In this document: piece after piece, positions 25,495 to 37,797 of the stretch
Numbering within the stretch: the first letter of the stretch is position 1
How the letters are laid out: each line of letters opens with the position of its first letter
Assembly (NCBI RefSeq): GCF_006345805.1
Contig: NC_043004.1
Location: forward strand, 60,016,001 to 60,080,000
Direction of reading: 5' to 3'
DNA length: 64,000 nucleotides
Origin: Octopus sinensis
Lineage: Eukaryota
Notes under the pieces: generated by a model
What the model was told of the DNA's origin: nothing
The model's input: the letters and a program-made list of their open reading frames with translations, nothing else
Database searches by the model: none
Program-made: the position numbers and the translations under genes

Positions 25495-25932
25495 TCGTGT
25501 CAAATTTTGACACAAGACCAACAATTTCAGGGGACAGGGGAAGCGGATTACACCGACCCCATTGCACAACTAGTATTTATTTTATCGACCCCGAAAGTAT
25601 AAAAGACAAATCCGACTCGGCGGAATTTGAACTCTGTACGTAAACACAGACGTAAAGAAAGCTACGCATCTTGACCGGTGCTGTGACGTTTCAGACAGCT
25701 CAGTCAAATATATGTAGATTTCAAATTTTGGTACAAGGCCAGCAATTTCGGGGACGATGTTAAGTTGATTACATCAACTCCAGTGTACAACCGGTGCATA
25801 TTTTACCGTCCCCTGAAAGAATAAAAAAAAACAAGTCAACTCCGTCTACATTTGAACTCAAAACGTAAAGTCGGAAGAAATGCTACTAAGCATTCTTTCC
25901 TGGTGAAGGATAGTTCTGCCATCTCGCTGCCT
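25495..25932 (-). mobile_element. Two tandem degenerate SINE A copies
   Basis: The CAAATTTTG..ACAAG.CCA.CAATTTC.GGG...ATTTGAACTC module occurs at ~25500-25700 and ~25715-25932. Confidence 0.75.
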
Positions 25933-26008
25933 TTCTAACAAATAATGTTTTACTAGAAAGCGATTTAGGTTTTGATTTATCATTTTCCATGGGGCTACAA
26001 TTACGCCA

Positions 26009-26290
26009 AGAAGGCGCATGGCTAAGTTGTTAGGGTAGTCGACTCACGATCTTACGATGAGGAGTTCAATTACCGGCGACGATTTGGGTCCTTGAGACAG
26101 ACATTTTCTTTCCCGTTGCTCCAGTTCACTCAGCAGGCAAAAACGAGTAGTACCTGTATTTCAGAGATCCAGCCATGGGATATCCAGTGTCAAACTGAAT
26201 CTTCTTGAGAACTACGTTAACGCTGATTCGTCGTGTCCTCAACCATTTGCACTTTAATTTCAAGAGCTGGCTTTTCCTCTGGTCTGTCAA
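26009..26290 (+). mobile_element. Degenerate SINE family D
   Basis: Head GAAGGCGCATGGCTAAGTTGTTAGGG; tail GAGAACTACGTTAA...CCATTTGCAC.TTAATTTCA.GAGC matches 18693-18967. Confidence 0.75.
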
Positions 26291-26520
26291 TTTACAATTT
26301 GGCTGCTTATAATTTCTTATTAGTCGTCTTAAATGTCTTCATTTAACACCTTTCCCCACTCAATTTGGTGCAGTGCATAATTAATTTTCATACCTATCAA
26401 AACTTACCGATGCTGTGAAATGGCTTTACAATTATTAATTAAGTATATTCTGCATACATATGTACAGAGATCTTTCGTTTGCATGGAAACCGGAATTTAT
26501 TTTACAACTCTAATTAACGA

Positions 26521-26604
<84 letters not shown>

Positions 26605-26660
26605 CGGAGATGTACTTGCATAGCAAGTGATTTGATCTGAGATTGTGTGCTGGAACGTAA

Positions 26661-26929
26661 ACAATTGCAGCGTGGAAGGTGTTTGTAAGCCATTTAAGAA
26701 ACAAACAAAAGCCGTTCGATTCACTTCAATATTTAAGTTTAATGTGTCAAGATATTTTCGTCGCTATAAGACCGCTATAAGATATGCAGCACGGATTTTG
26801 TCAGTGAAGAGGTCGCGGTCTTATAGCGACGAAAATATTTTGACAAATTAAACTTAAATGTTGAAGTGAATCGAACGGCTTTTGTGTGTTTCTTAAATGG
26901 CTTACAAACTCCTTCCATGATGCAATTGT
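26661..26929. mobile_element. Fold-back element (115-bp arms, 39-nt spacer) containing a hammerhead-like motif
   Basis: 26661-26775 is the reverse complement of 26815-26929; a minimal-HHR-like fold spans 26798-26846. Confidence 0.8.
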
Positions 26930-27070
26930 ATATACATATACAGCCTTTTAAGTGCTGTGGTTTTACTGGGATCTCCCTTTTAAGCAGAAACAATAGCCAT
27001 AACTCTTTAACTGCTATTTCTAAATTCGGTGTGTGGTGAGGCAAATCGTTGCTAAACCCTTAATTACTTA

Positions 27071-27118
<48 letters not shown>

Positions 27119-27124
27119 TATATA

Positions 27125-27220
<96 letters not shown>

Positions 27221-27277
27221 GCAAACATATAATCTTGAGTAGCTCCAGACATGTATATAGAGTTACATATGTATGTA

Positions 27278-27497
27278 CAAGGCTGTGATGAAAAGTTCCT
27301 GTTTGTGGATGAAAGATAAAACAGGGGAATCAGTTAATTATGATATTATTCAATATATTCTCCCACTTCATCATATTCAGACACTGATTGCAACATACCT
27401 TCAGTTTTACTACGCTCAGTAAAAGAACTTGAAAGATTCAGCCTCCAGACTGGCCTCTCGCTATACCATAAGCGCAAGAACCTTCACGAAAGCTCTC
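27278..27497 (-). mobile_element. mariner 3' end fragment with TIR
   Basis: Starts TA-CAAGGCTGTGATGAAAAGTTCC (TIR-like); the minus strand resembles a decayed mariner C-terminus (..GEYIE*). Confidence 0.55.
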
Positions 27498-27544
<47 letters not shown>

Positions 27545-27588
27545 ATATATATAAATAAGAGATATAAGTTTGGAGTTATTCTCCCTAA

Positions 27589-27658
<70 letters not shown>

Positions 27659-27661
<3 letters not shown>

Positions 27662-30600
27662 TAGTTTTATTTTTATAGCGTGCTTTCACTTCACTACCGA
27701 GCGCAGCTCTGTGTGCCTTGGGCTTGTGCTGTGATTTGTTGTGATGCTCTGATGGTTATCGTATGGAAAGTGTTCTGCGTAGGATGTGTGCAGTGCCTAG
27801 TAGTGCAATTTTCTGTATGTTATATGTGTTTGTAAGTCCTGGTGTTTTTGTTATGTATTTGTATGAATATTTTTCTATCATGCCTAATGCACCTATTATG
27901 ATAGGGATTGTTTCTGTTTTCAGATTCCACGTTCTGGTTACCTCTATTTCCAGGTCTTTGTATTTTGAGAGTTTCTCCATTTCTTTTAGAGACACGTTGT
28001 CATCTGCCGGTATTGATACATCAATTATAAAGCATATTTTTTCTTCATGATCTCTGACAACTATATCTGGTCTGTTGGCTTTAATTTCTCTATCTGTGTG
28101 TATCGGCATATCCCAGAGTATGGTTGCTTTCTCGTTTTCGGTGACCTTTTCTGGAGTGTGCCTATACCATCTTTTTTCTGTTGTTATTCCATAAAGTTGG
28201 CATAGCTTCCAATGTATGTAGGTTCCAACTCTGTCATGTTTGTGAATATATTCCTTCTTAGCCAGGACTGGGCAGCTAGAGATAATATGATTTATTGTTT
28301 CTTGTCCATCTCCACATATTCTGCAGTTAATTGTAATATTTCTTTTCATTAAATGTTTTTTGGTAATTTCTGGTGGGGAGATTTTGGTCTTGTGCTGCAA
28401 TTAAAAATCCCTCTGTTTCTGCTTTGAGACCTGAGCTTCTCAACCATTGCTGGGATTTTTCTTTGTCTATTTCTTTTGCGTTTATTTACCATGTATTTAC
28501 CATGTATTTATTTACCGGTATTTACCATGAAGGGCCTTTTCTTGCCATCGTTTTATCATGGTTCGTTGCTGTTCTATTTTTAGCTTGGATTTCATTTGTT
28601 TTATAGCTTTTGTTGTTTCTTCTTCTTCTTCTTCTTCTTCTTCTTCTTCTTCTTCTTCTTCTTCTTCTTCTTCTTCTTCTTCTTCTTCTTCTTCTTCTTC
28701 TTCTTCTTCTTCTTCTTCTTCTTCATATTTATTAGGTGGTAGGATTTCTTGTTTGTATTTGTCAACTTCCTTAAATACTGAGAACAGTCTTTTGTTTTGC
28801 TCGTGTTTTGCCGCTATTTGTATCAGTTTTCCTTCCTTCTGAAGTAGATATTTTTGCAGTCCTATGGTGGTCATTTTATAGTAGTTTTCAAGCTGTATAA
28901 GACCTCTACCACCTTCTATACGTTGTATATATAGTCTTTCTATGTCATATTTTGGGTGATGCATCCTAGATCCTGTCATTATTTTTCTTAATTTCCTATC
29001 TATTTTGGTCAGTTCATTTCGTGTCCAGTTAAGGATATTGTAGCTGTAACTTATAACTGGGACAGCTAAAGTGTTAATACCTATTATCTTGTCTTTAGCA
29101 TTGAGCTCTGTTTTTAGTATTGATCTAACTCGTCTATAATATTCTTTTTTTATTTTCTCTTTCATTTGTGTGAGTTGTGTCTTATCTAGTTCATGGATTC
29201 CTAAGTATTTGTAAGTTTGGCTTTGGTCTAATTCTTTTATTTCATTGGTTTTATCTAGTGTGATGTTGCTACTCTTAACTAGTTTTCCTCTTTTCATGGT
29301 TACTTTGGCGCATTTTTCTAATCCAAATTTCATATCTATTTCTTTGGTAAATCCATGAACTGTCTTTAATAGTGTTTCCAGCTGTTTGTCATTTGCGGCG
29401 TATAGTTTTTGGTCATCCATATATAAAAGGTGGCTGATCGTTTTGCCGTAACATTTATATCCGCATCCAGTTCTATTTAGTATATCAGATAGAGGTGACA
29501 GTGCCAAGCAGAAAAGGAGTGGAGAGAGCGTATCTCCCTGGAATATTCCTCTTCTAATGGGGATGTCTTTGGTTTTCATGAGTCCTTCTTTTGTTTGGAG
29601 GTGTAGGACTGTTTGCCATTTATTCATAGAGTGCTCTATGAATTTTATGATTGTTGGTGCTACTTTGTTAATGGCTAGTGTTTCGAGGATCCGTGTGTGG
29701 GGGATGCTATCAAACGCCTTTTTGTAGTCAATCCAGGGCATACTGAGGACTTTCTTCTTTCTGTGGCTGTCTTCAGTTATGGCTTTATTAATCATTAGTT
29801 GATCTTTACAGCCATATGAGCCTTTGCGGCATCCTTTCTGTTCTTCTGGGAACAGTTTGTTTTCGTCCAGGTGCTTGTTCAACCTTTGCGATATCCCTGC
29901 AGTAAATGCCTTGAACATTGTAGGGAGGCAGGTTATTGGTCTGTAGTTTTCTGGTTTTGCTGTCTCATTTGATTTGGGAATTAAGATGGTTTTCCCCTTC
30001 GTGAGCCATTCAGGCATTGTCTCTTGCTCTGCTAGTATGTTGTTAAAGTTTTCAGCCAGCTTTTTGTGCATTCCTGTTAGATATTTCAACCAGAAGTTGG
30101 GGATCTTGTCATGCCCAGGTGCCTTCCAGTTGCTTAGTCTTTGCAGTGCCTGGGTGACCTCTTCAGTTGTTATGGAGGTCCAAAGATGTTCAGATGCCGA
30201 GTTTGTTATTTTGATACTCCTTTTTTTTGGTTGTTCGTTCGCCGACCATATTTCTCTCCAGAATTCTTCCAATTCTTCTATTTTATTTTTGCCAAGTTCT
30301 TGGTAGAACTTTTTGGGGTTGGAGTTGAACTTTTTGTTTTGTTCAAAGGAGCGTTGGCGTTTCTCGTACCGGCGGATTCTTTGTGCTTTGGCAAGGATAT
30401 CTTGCTTCAGCTTTTCTTTTATCTCAGGCAAATCTTTCTCTGTGATGTTATATTTGCGGAGCATTTTTGTTTTCTTTTTGTTGCTCAGTAGCGTTGATTC
30501 TTTGCTGATTTCATTAAGAATCGACAGATCTTTTCTAATTTTTTGTATTTTTTTTTTGGATGTTATTTATCCACAGGGTTTGTTTTGGTGGTGGTACTCC

Positions 30601-31677
30601 TGTTTGGACGGGTTTGGGTGAGTATCCAGCTTCTTTTATGGCTGCAGTGGCTGCTGCGTATATTAAGTCATTTAGCTCAGTGATATCGCTTTTTGTTTCA
30701 GTTCCGTGACGGTTAGGTTTATGCTGTTTATAATTGATGTTGTTGTTTCGTCTATTTTGATTCTTGGGAGGTTTGGTCGGTGGTCCATTTTGAGCTCTGT
30801 GGTTTTCAGTTCTTTGATTATTTTATTTTTTATATTATCATAATCATTAGGCTCCCCTTTGTTGTTTACATCGTGTTTATTGGGAATGTTGCGTTTGTCT
30901 TCGTGTTTTACAGTTTCAGTGTTCATATTATTGGGCATTGTTGTGTGGCTTCTATCTACATTTCCCTGGTGTATATTTCTTTTAGATGTTCTATTTCTAT
31001 TTCTGATATTTTTTTTGTTTGAGAATGTATCTTCGTACGTTAGCTAATTTATTAGGGTTCATTGCTGTATCCAAGTTTATATTTATGTTATTTTCCTTCC
31101 ATATTTTATATGTATGTGTTGTTGTGTTTTCATTTTTTGGGTAGAGCATTGCTGTGAAATATGCGTGTAAGATAGAAATATATTCCTCACGTTCCATTTA
31201 CGTCGTTTGGGTTTTATTTGCGGGACATGAGGTACAACGTCCGGCCCATTATTTTGACGGTCGTTATTTTCGTAGGGTACCGGTCCGTTCATTTCTGTTG
31301 TCACATTATTTCGCACGTGTAGTTTTTCGTACATTTTTTGTTGTAAGTTTAATGTACGTACCGCTCGATTGTTATTCTTGGGTTGAATAATATCGGTGGC
31401 ATTTAATTTCTTCGTAGTTCCTTTGGACATGGTGTTTGGGGTCGGGGATGATCGTGATGTTCCACGCATGTTTACATGTGTTGTGTTAGAGGTGGAGATG
31501 ATATCGAATCAAAATACATCATTTCGTTTCGAAAATAGTAATAAATTTCAATTAGTATTACTTACTCGGATACAGTCCAATTCTTTGTTAATAAATCTTT
31601 GGCTCCATAGGATGTCCTTGTTTTCGATGTTTGTGGATAGATTTCGGAGCTCTGTATTTTCCTTCTTACATCTTAAA
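27659..31677 (-). mobile_element. Near-full-length R4/Dong-clade non-LTR retrotransposon inserted in (TAA)n
   Basis: N-terminal Myb-like motif (KRRKW..EEYISILHAYF); RT (NYRPITCL, EEQKG, WIDYKKAFDSIPH, GIFQGDTLSP, LLYMDD); CCHC finger (CRICG..ETINHIISSC); RLE (RPDIVV..IIDVSIP..KLSKYKDL). (ATT)n flanks at 27587-27658 and 31677-31988. Confidence 0.95.
27756..31469 (-). pseudogene. Dong/R4 ORF (RT + zinc finger + restriction-like endonuclease), frameshifted
   Basis: ORF pieces at 31083-31469, 30997-31197, 30672-30938, 28512-30464 and 27756-28400; a micro-duplication at LHGKY (~28480-28525) breaks the frame. Confidence 0.92.
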
Positions 31678-31890
31678 TTATTATTATTACTATTATTATT
31701 ATTATAATTATTATTATTATATTATTATTATTATTATTATTATTATATTATTATTATTATTATTATTGTTATTATTATTATTATTATTATGTTATTATTA
31801 TTATTATTATTATTGTTATATTATTATTATTATTATTATTATTATATTATTATTATTATTATTATTATTTTATTATTATTATTATTATTA

Positions 31891-31925
<35 letters not shown>

Positions 31926-31971
31926 CATCATTATTATTATTATTATTATTATTATATTATTATATTATTAT

Positions 31972-32047
<76 letters not shown>
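31677..32047. repeat. (ATT)n followed by (TA)n, separating the two LINEs
   Basis: Seen directly. Confidence 0.97.
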
Positions 32048-32052
<5 letters not shown>

Positions 32053-32179
32053 TAAACTTAGATAAACTTAGATATGTTTCGACCAAAAATTGGTCCAGGC
32101 CATGTCTAACTTAATAGCACCACCTGATAGGATTATTCGAATCCTGTTTAAGTCAAGTTTTGTTTGAGTCAAGTTTTGG

Positions 32180-35100
32180 TCAAGTAGTGAGTTCTTGTTG
32201 TGTGAGTTGTATCCAGTTTTGTTCAAGTAGTGAGTTCTTGTTGGGTGAGTTGTATCCAATTATGGGTGGCTTATCTGGTATTCTTTGTAGGAATCTATCC
32301 AGACTCTGTTTAAAGTTGATGGGATCCTTTTCCTCTTTGATCTCCCTCGGAACAATGTTAAATAGGGCAGGGCCTGTTGAGGAAAAGAAATTATGTTGCA
32401 GTGTACATGTATGTTGTGATCTTGAATTGGGCAGGGGACGTATAGCACGTGGTCCAAGTCTTGGATGAACCTTGAAGCTAATGTTTAGGTCGTTTGGGCA
32501 AAGTTGGCGGTATATTTTCCACATCGTACAAATGATGTACCGCTCATGGTGACGCTGGAGGGAGTAAAGTTTCAAGGCTTTAAGGCGAACCCAATAATCG
32601 AGAGCAGCCATGCCTTCAATTTGTTTAGTGAGTGCCCTCTGGGGTGACTCAATTCTGGAGATGTTTTGTCTTGTGTGAGGAGACCACAGTGGACAGTAGT
32701 ATTCAAGGTGTGGCCGTACAAAGGAGGGAAAAAAAGTGGTATGATGACACCTTGTTCTCTGGACCGGAAAGTTCTTAAGATCCAGGAACTCATCCTACGA
32801 GCTATATCGACCTTCTTGTTGATGTGTGCACTCCAACTGAGATTGTCTTCAACAATTACACCCAGGTCTCTGATATTGTTAGAGGCTGTGAGCGGTTCCC
32901 CTGAAGGAAGAGAGTATGGTTGTTTTAGTGAGGAATTTCTTCCAAAATGCATCAGCTCAAATTTTCCCTCATTCAGTTGCATTTTGTTTCTGTCTGCCCA
33001 TTGACTCACAGCATATAGATCAGACTGGAGTTGAGTTCGGTCTGCTTCTTCATTGACGATTTGCCGGAGCTTAGTGTCATCAGCAAATATTTTCACTTTG
33101 CAGTAATATACGACACTGAAAAGGTCGTTTACGTAAATTATGAAGAGTAGCGGACCCAAAACAGTTCCCTGGGGAACACCGCTGGTGACTTTTGCTGTGT
33201 TTGAGTGGACTCCATCAACTACAACATGTTGTGTTCTATTCGCCAGGAAATACTTAATCCAGTGTAGAACTTTTCCACGGATTCCAACATTTGCTAATTT
33301 TGAGAGTAGGATGTTATGGTCTACCCTGTCGAACGCTTTACTGAAGTGAAGATATATGACGTCAGAGTTCGAACCTGTTCCCAAGGCTTTGAGTACATCT
33401 TCAATGTGGTGTAAGAGCTGTGTTAGACAGTCCCTGCCACAGCGAAAGCCATGCTGATTTGCATTTAGGAGTTTGTGGGTCTCCAGGAAGTCAGCTATCC
33501 TTGATCTTAACACTCTTTCAAACACTTTAATGATGTGGGAGGTGAGTGAGATTGGGCGATAGTTGACTGCGAGGGATCTGTTTCCCTGTTTGAAAACCGG
33601 GAAGACCGACTGGGATAGAAACTGGTTCGGTATATATCCTGCGTCTAACGAATCTCTCCAGAGGTTGGTCAGAGGGACTGCACATTCGTATCTACATTCC
33701 TTCAGGAGACTAGCGGGAAATCTATCAGGGCCTACAGCAGAGTAATGTTTGACCTCATTTATTGCTGCTACGATGTCAGTGGCAGTGAAGGTTATGTCTG
33801 AGATTTTGTGTTGGGAGTCAACTTCGTTCGTTTCCCTTACCTCAATATCAGTGGGAACACTAAAGACAGAGCAGTATTGTTTCTGCAGTATTTCTGCCAT
33901 TTCATTAGCATCGTGTTGGGGAATGCCGTTATCATCAATTAATGGCCCAATGGGTGAGACAGTGGTTCTATGCTTATTTGCATAAGAATAGAACACTTTT
34001 GGGTTCTGTTTGATGTTTTTGATTACCCATTGTTCCTCCACAGCTCTTTGATTTTCAATGGAGGTTTCCATGTTGGTCTGCAGATGAAGTTTTTCCAGCT
34101 CTAGTCTTTTCATTGTTGTTGATTGTGGATATTGTGTGGGGGAATATTTTAATTGGTTGATTTTTTTGTTGAGTCTTTTGATGCGCCTAATGAGTGTTTT
34201 TTTTCTTTTTAGGGAGCCGGTTTCTGTTTGTGTTAGTAGATTTCTTGGGAGCGTGTTTAGAGCATGTATAGGTGACAATGTTTTCAAAGTGCTGCCACGC
34301 GGTCTCAATATGAGAGGAATTGAGAGTAAAAGACCATACGATGGAAGACAGATCCTTTCTGATTGTTCCCCAGTTCGCTTTGTGGAAGTTTATGTTGCCA
34401 AATGGGTGCCATGGAATGGGATTGGCTGGTTTGGTTTTTATATGTCGGGAATTAAGATTGCAGAGTACCATGTCGTGGTCTGAGAGGAGACTTTTTTCGA
34501 CTGAAATACTGTGAACGTAGCTAGAGTGATTGGTCAATACCAGATCCAAGATCGTTTTATTCCGTCTCGTTGGTTCAAGCACTAGCTGAGTCAGGAAATC
34601 CTCATCCATCAGATTAAAGAGCAGTTCTGCTGCTGCTCTATCTGATGTAGAACACTTGCCTAACTTCAGAGTATTTGTGGGCCAGTTCACATGAGGGAGG
34701 TTAAAATCACCCATCACTAGTATGTTTCCGAAGTGGTACTTCCGAAGGAAGGACTTGACTTTGCTAAGGCACTCTTCAAAGTACTTTAGAGGTGCCTGGG
34801 GAGGCCTGTAAAAGCCAACAATGGTTATGTCCTTGGCTTTGTTGTATAGTGATACCGATTCACAGTAGCCATTGGAAAATATGTCCTTGGCATCAAGTGA
34901 AAAGGAGTCATGGATAAAGATGGCTGTCCCTCCCTTATTTCGGCCTGTGCGATCCGCACGAACAATGGTGAAATCTTTTATTTTCGCCTCTGCGTCCATA
35001 TGGGTGTTGTTCGGGTGAGTCTCGGTAAGGATAAAGAAAGGGAAGCAACGTGCCATTTCGGCAAGCCAACTCTCTATATATGGGATCTTCCATTTTTGGG

Positions 35101-35191
35101 CAATAATTGATGGGTTGATGCCACGTACATTTAACAGGAATGTCGAGGTAAGGGAAGTTGGTAATGGGTGAGTGGTCCTTTTGATTTGCAT
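32180..35191 (-). pseudogene. CR1 ORF2 (APE endonuclease + reverse transcriptase), about two frameshifts
   Basis: APE: NVRGI, LTETH, FYRPP, MGDFNLP, ILDLVLTN, SDHDMV. RT: NYRPISLTS, QHGFR, FSKAFDRVDH, GVPQGTVLGPLLF, FADDTKL. Frameshifts at the poly-A near 34200 and near 32670. Confidence 0.93.
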
Positions 35192-36204
35192 AGATGGTTG
35201 GTGATAGCTCGCTGGATCTCCTGGCTTAGGTCGGCCTTCATATTTTCTAGGTATGTCAGTAAAAAAGAGTTACTTGTTTGGTTTGCCACTTGGTCAGAGG
35301 ATACATATTTCATGTTGGCGTTATTTGGTGTTTTTTCATGGTTCTGTCTACGTTGTTTGATTGTAGGAGGGGAAACGTGGTTGTATTTTGTTCTTGTTGT
35401 TGTCCTAGATTTCCTCTGTTCCTGTTTATATTTATTCTGTGATCGTTTTGTGCCCTTCAGATGGTGGTGGTTGCATTCTGGGTTCAGGCACATCCTTTGT
35501 GAGACAGACGTTTGGCACAGTTTAGGATGGAATAAGGTGCATCCATTGCCTTTTATGCATCCGTATTTAGGATCAGAACCATAGATTCTGTATTTAGGAC
35601 AGTATTTGGGGTGGAGGTGGGGGCAATTTTTTCCTGTTATCCCGTATGGACAGGTGCCCATAACAAGTCTACGACATAAGGTCTGATGGGAAAAAGCACA
35701 GCGTCCATTGTTGTTTGTGCCGCTGGGGCCAAATCTACAATTGCCTATAGAATAGTAACGGTTTTTATTTAGTTGTAGTAGTGGTTTTTCTATTCTGGCA
35801 GTAGTAGCAGTAGTGTTAGAAACAACTTGTTGATTTTGTGATGGTGGGTTTTGGCTTGCCAGAATGTGGTCAAATCTGCAGCTGCCTTGAGAGTAGTAAT
35901 GGCAGATAGTTTTACGTGGATGTAGTAGAGATTTTCCTATTGTGGCGGTAGCAGTAGTAGTGGAGAGTTGTTTTTGTTGTAGCAGCATTGGATCTTGACT
36001 AGTAGTAGTATTAGAGTGTTGTTGTTGTTGTTGTTGTTGTTTTTGTTGCTGTAGCGAAGGTGAAACTTGACTTGGTTCATCAGGTGCTGTTGTCAATGGA
36101 AGTAGGTCAGTTGATTGTTGCTGTTGAAGTGACCCCTGACCTGTTGGAATTTGGTCATTTGGTGTACTGGATTAGTTGGCAAGAATGGTTCTTAGTGTAG
36201 CCAT
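35131..36204 (-). pseudogene. CR1 ORF1, Q/T-rich N-terminus plus tandem CCCH zinc fingers; one premature TAA at codon 11
   Basis: ATG at 36204 is in frame with the 321-aa ORF. Fingers: CRRLVMGTCPYGITGKNCPHLH, CPKY..GCIKGNGCTLFH, CQTSVSQRMCLNPECNHHH, CRFG..CAFSH. Confidence 0.85.
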
Positions 36205-36660
36205 GTGCGCGTGAAAAATAGGGAATATCCTAACAATTTCTTTTATTTTATTTTCTATCTGTTTTACAGATCTGTGAAAGGATTTTTTCGTTAAATCCTC
36301 TGTTATTAGCTTCGTTGTGATGGATGAACCAAGCGTTAATCATTGCAGTAATTTCATTTTCAACCCAGCGGCGTTTTTGAAAATTATTGGCCATATTCAG
36401 TGGGGTAGTGTTGTGTAATATGTATGTATGTGTATGCGTGTATATGTATATGTACACCAGTTATTGATGGCTTGATGTAAAATAGTGAATACACCGTTGA
36501 TATATATACATATACTTACTTGGAAATGGATGCATGGCGTTCAACTAAATAATATAGTTAACGTTGATATGTGTGTATATATATGTATATATATATATAT
36601 ATATATACACATATATATATAATATATATATACATATTTATATATGTCCATATATACATA

Positions 36661-36853
36661 TATGGGTACAGGACGTCACCAACTGTAAACAACATGAAGT
36701 ACGAAAACAAATAAGTTAAATAGGCAAACAACGAGATGTGTCGTTCTCTGTGTTACTTGTCTAGTTTTACATTCTTCTCTCGTTGTTTGCGTATTTAACT
36801 CATTTGTTTTGGTATTTCATGATGTTTAATGTTGGTGACGTCCTGTACCCATA
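36661..36853. mobile_element. Small fold-back element (~76-bp arms) in TA-rich microsatellite
   Basis: TATGGGTACAGGACGTCACCAAC...GCAAACAACGAGA / TCTCGTTGTTTGC...GTTGGTGACGTCCTGTACCCATA. Confidence 0.85.
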
Positions 36854-37708
36854 CATGCATAATATATATATATGTGTGTATATGTATATTTTATAATTAC
36901 AATAATAAATTATAATAATAATGAACTATAATAATAATAATGCTATTATTATTATAATCATTATCATCATGATCATGATCATGATCATGATCATCATCAT
37001 CATCATCATCTTCATAATTATTATTATTATTATTATTATTATTATCATTATTAATATATCGTCTATCTTTATGCATATCTATAAATATGCACACATAAGT
37101 ATGTGTATATGTGTGCGCTTTATGTACTACAACTTAAACTTCACTGCATATATATTCTAATCTCCACATTATAGTCCTGCGCTGCGATATCTTCGAGCCT
37201 TTGAGTTATACTCAAGCAATGTTCCCATATTTCCTGTCAATTAGAATATTACACTTTGATTACCCTCGTCTCTGTAACCTACGTCGGTGACTTCAATATC
37301 CAAAAGCCTTCTCAGTTATCGCATTCCATCAAAGTACTACAGCCGAAAAAGCTGAATCTATTTCTCATCTGAACCATATACATCAAACAATATACACCAA
37401 ATTATACAGTTTCTATTCCTACCCGACTGTATAACAACTTTCTAACTTAAGCAGCCCCTCATCAGGAATTTAGCATTAATTCCTCAATTAAGGGAACTGT
37501 TTAAAAATGCAACTACTTTAATGTAACGGACAGGAACTGAATTGCTCAAAGCGGTTTAATTCCTTATCTATCTGAGATTGCAAGCTGAAATAAATTATCG
37601 ACATATATATCCTTTGAGGCATATATTTATGTTTCAAGCGTACCTAAAGCCCATAAACTTAAATTAAGATGCGTTTCACACGCAACGACATCTCTCTTTC
37701 TAACTCTG

Positions 37709-37797
<89 letters not shown>

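Larger units (their letters stand above)
32048..36245 (-). mobile_element. Near-full-length CR1-clade LINE
   Basis: ORF1 with a CCCH array; ORF2 with APE endonuclease, RT and the C-terminal YWxRLKxLxLYSLQR motif; 3' tail of 10-bp repeats (TTAGATAAAC on the plus strand). Confidence 0.93.

Noticed and set aside
27763-35584. Plus-strand ORFs over the two LINEs
   Set aside because: They are antisense shadows of the RT/endonuclease ORFs.
37425-37470. CTGATGA...GAAA on the minus strand
   Set aside because: No convincing helix II or stem I pairing.
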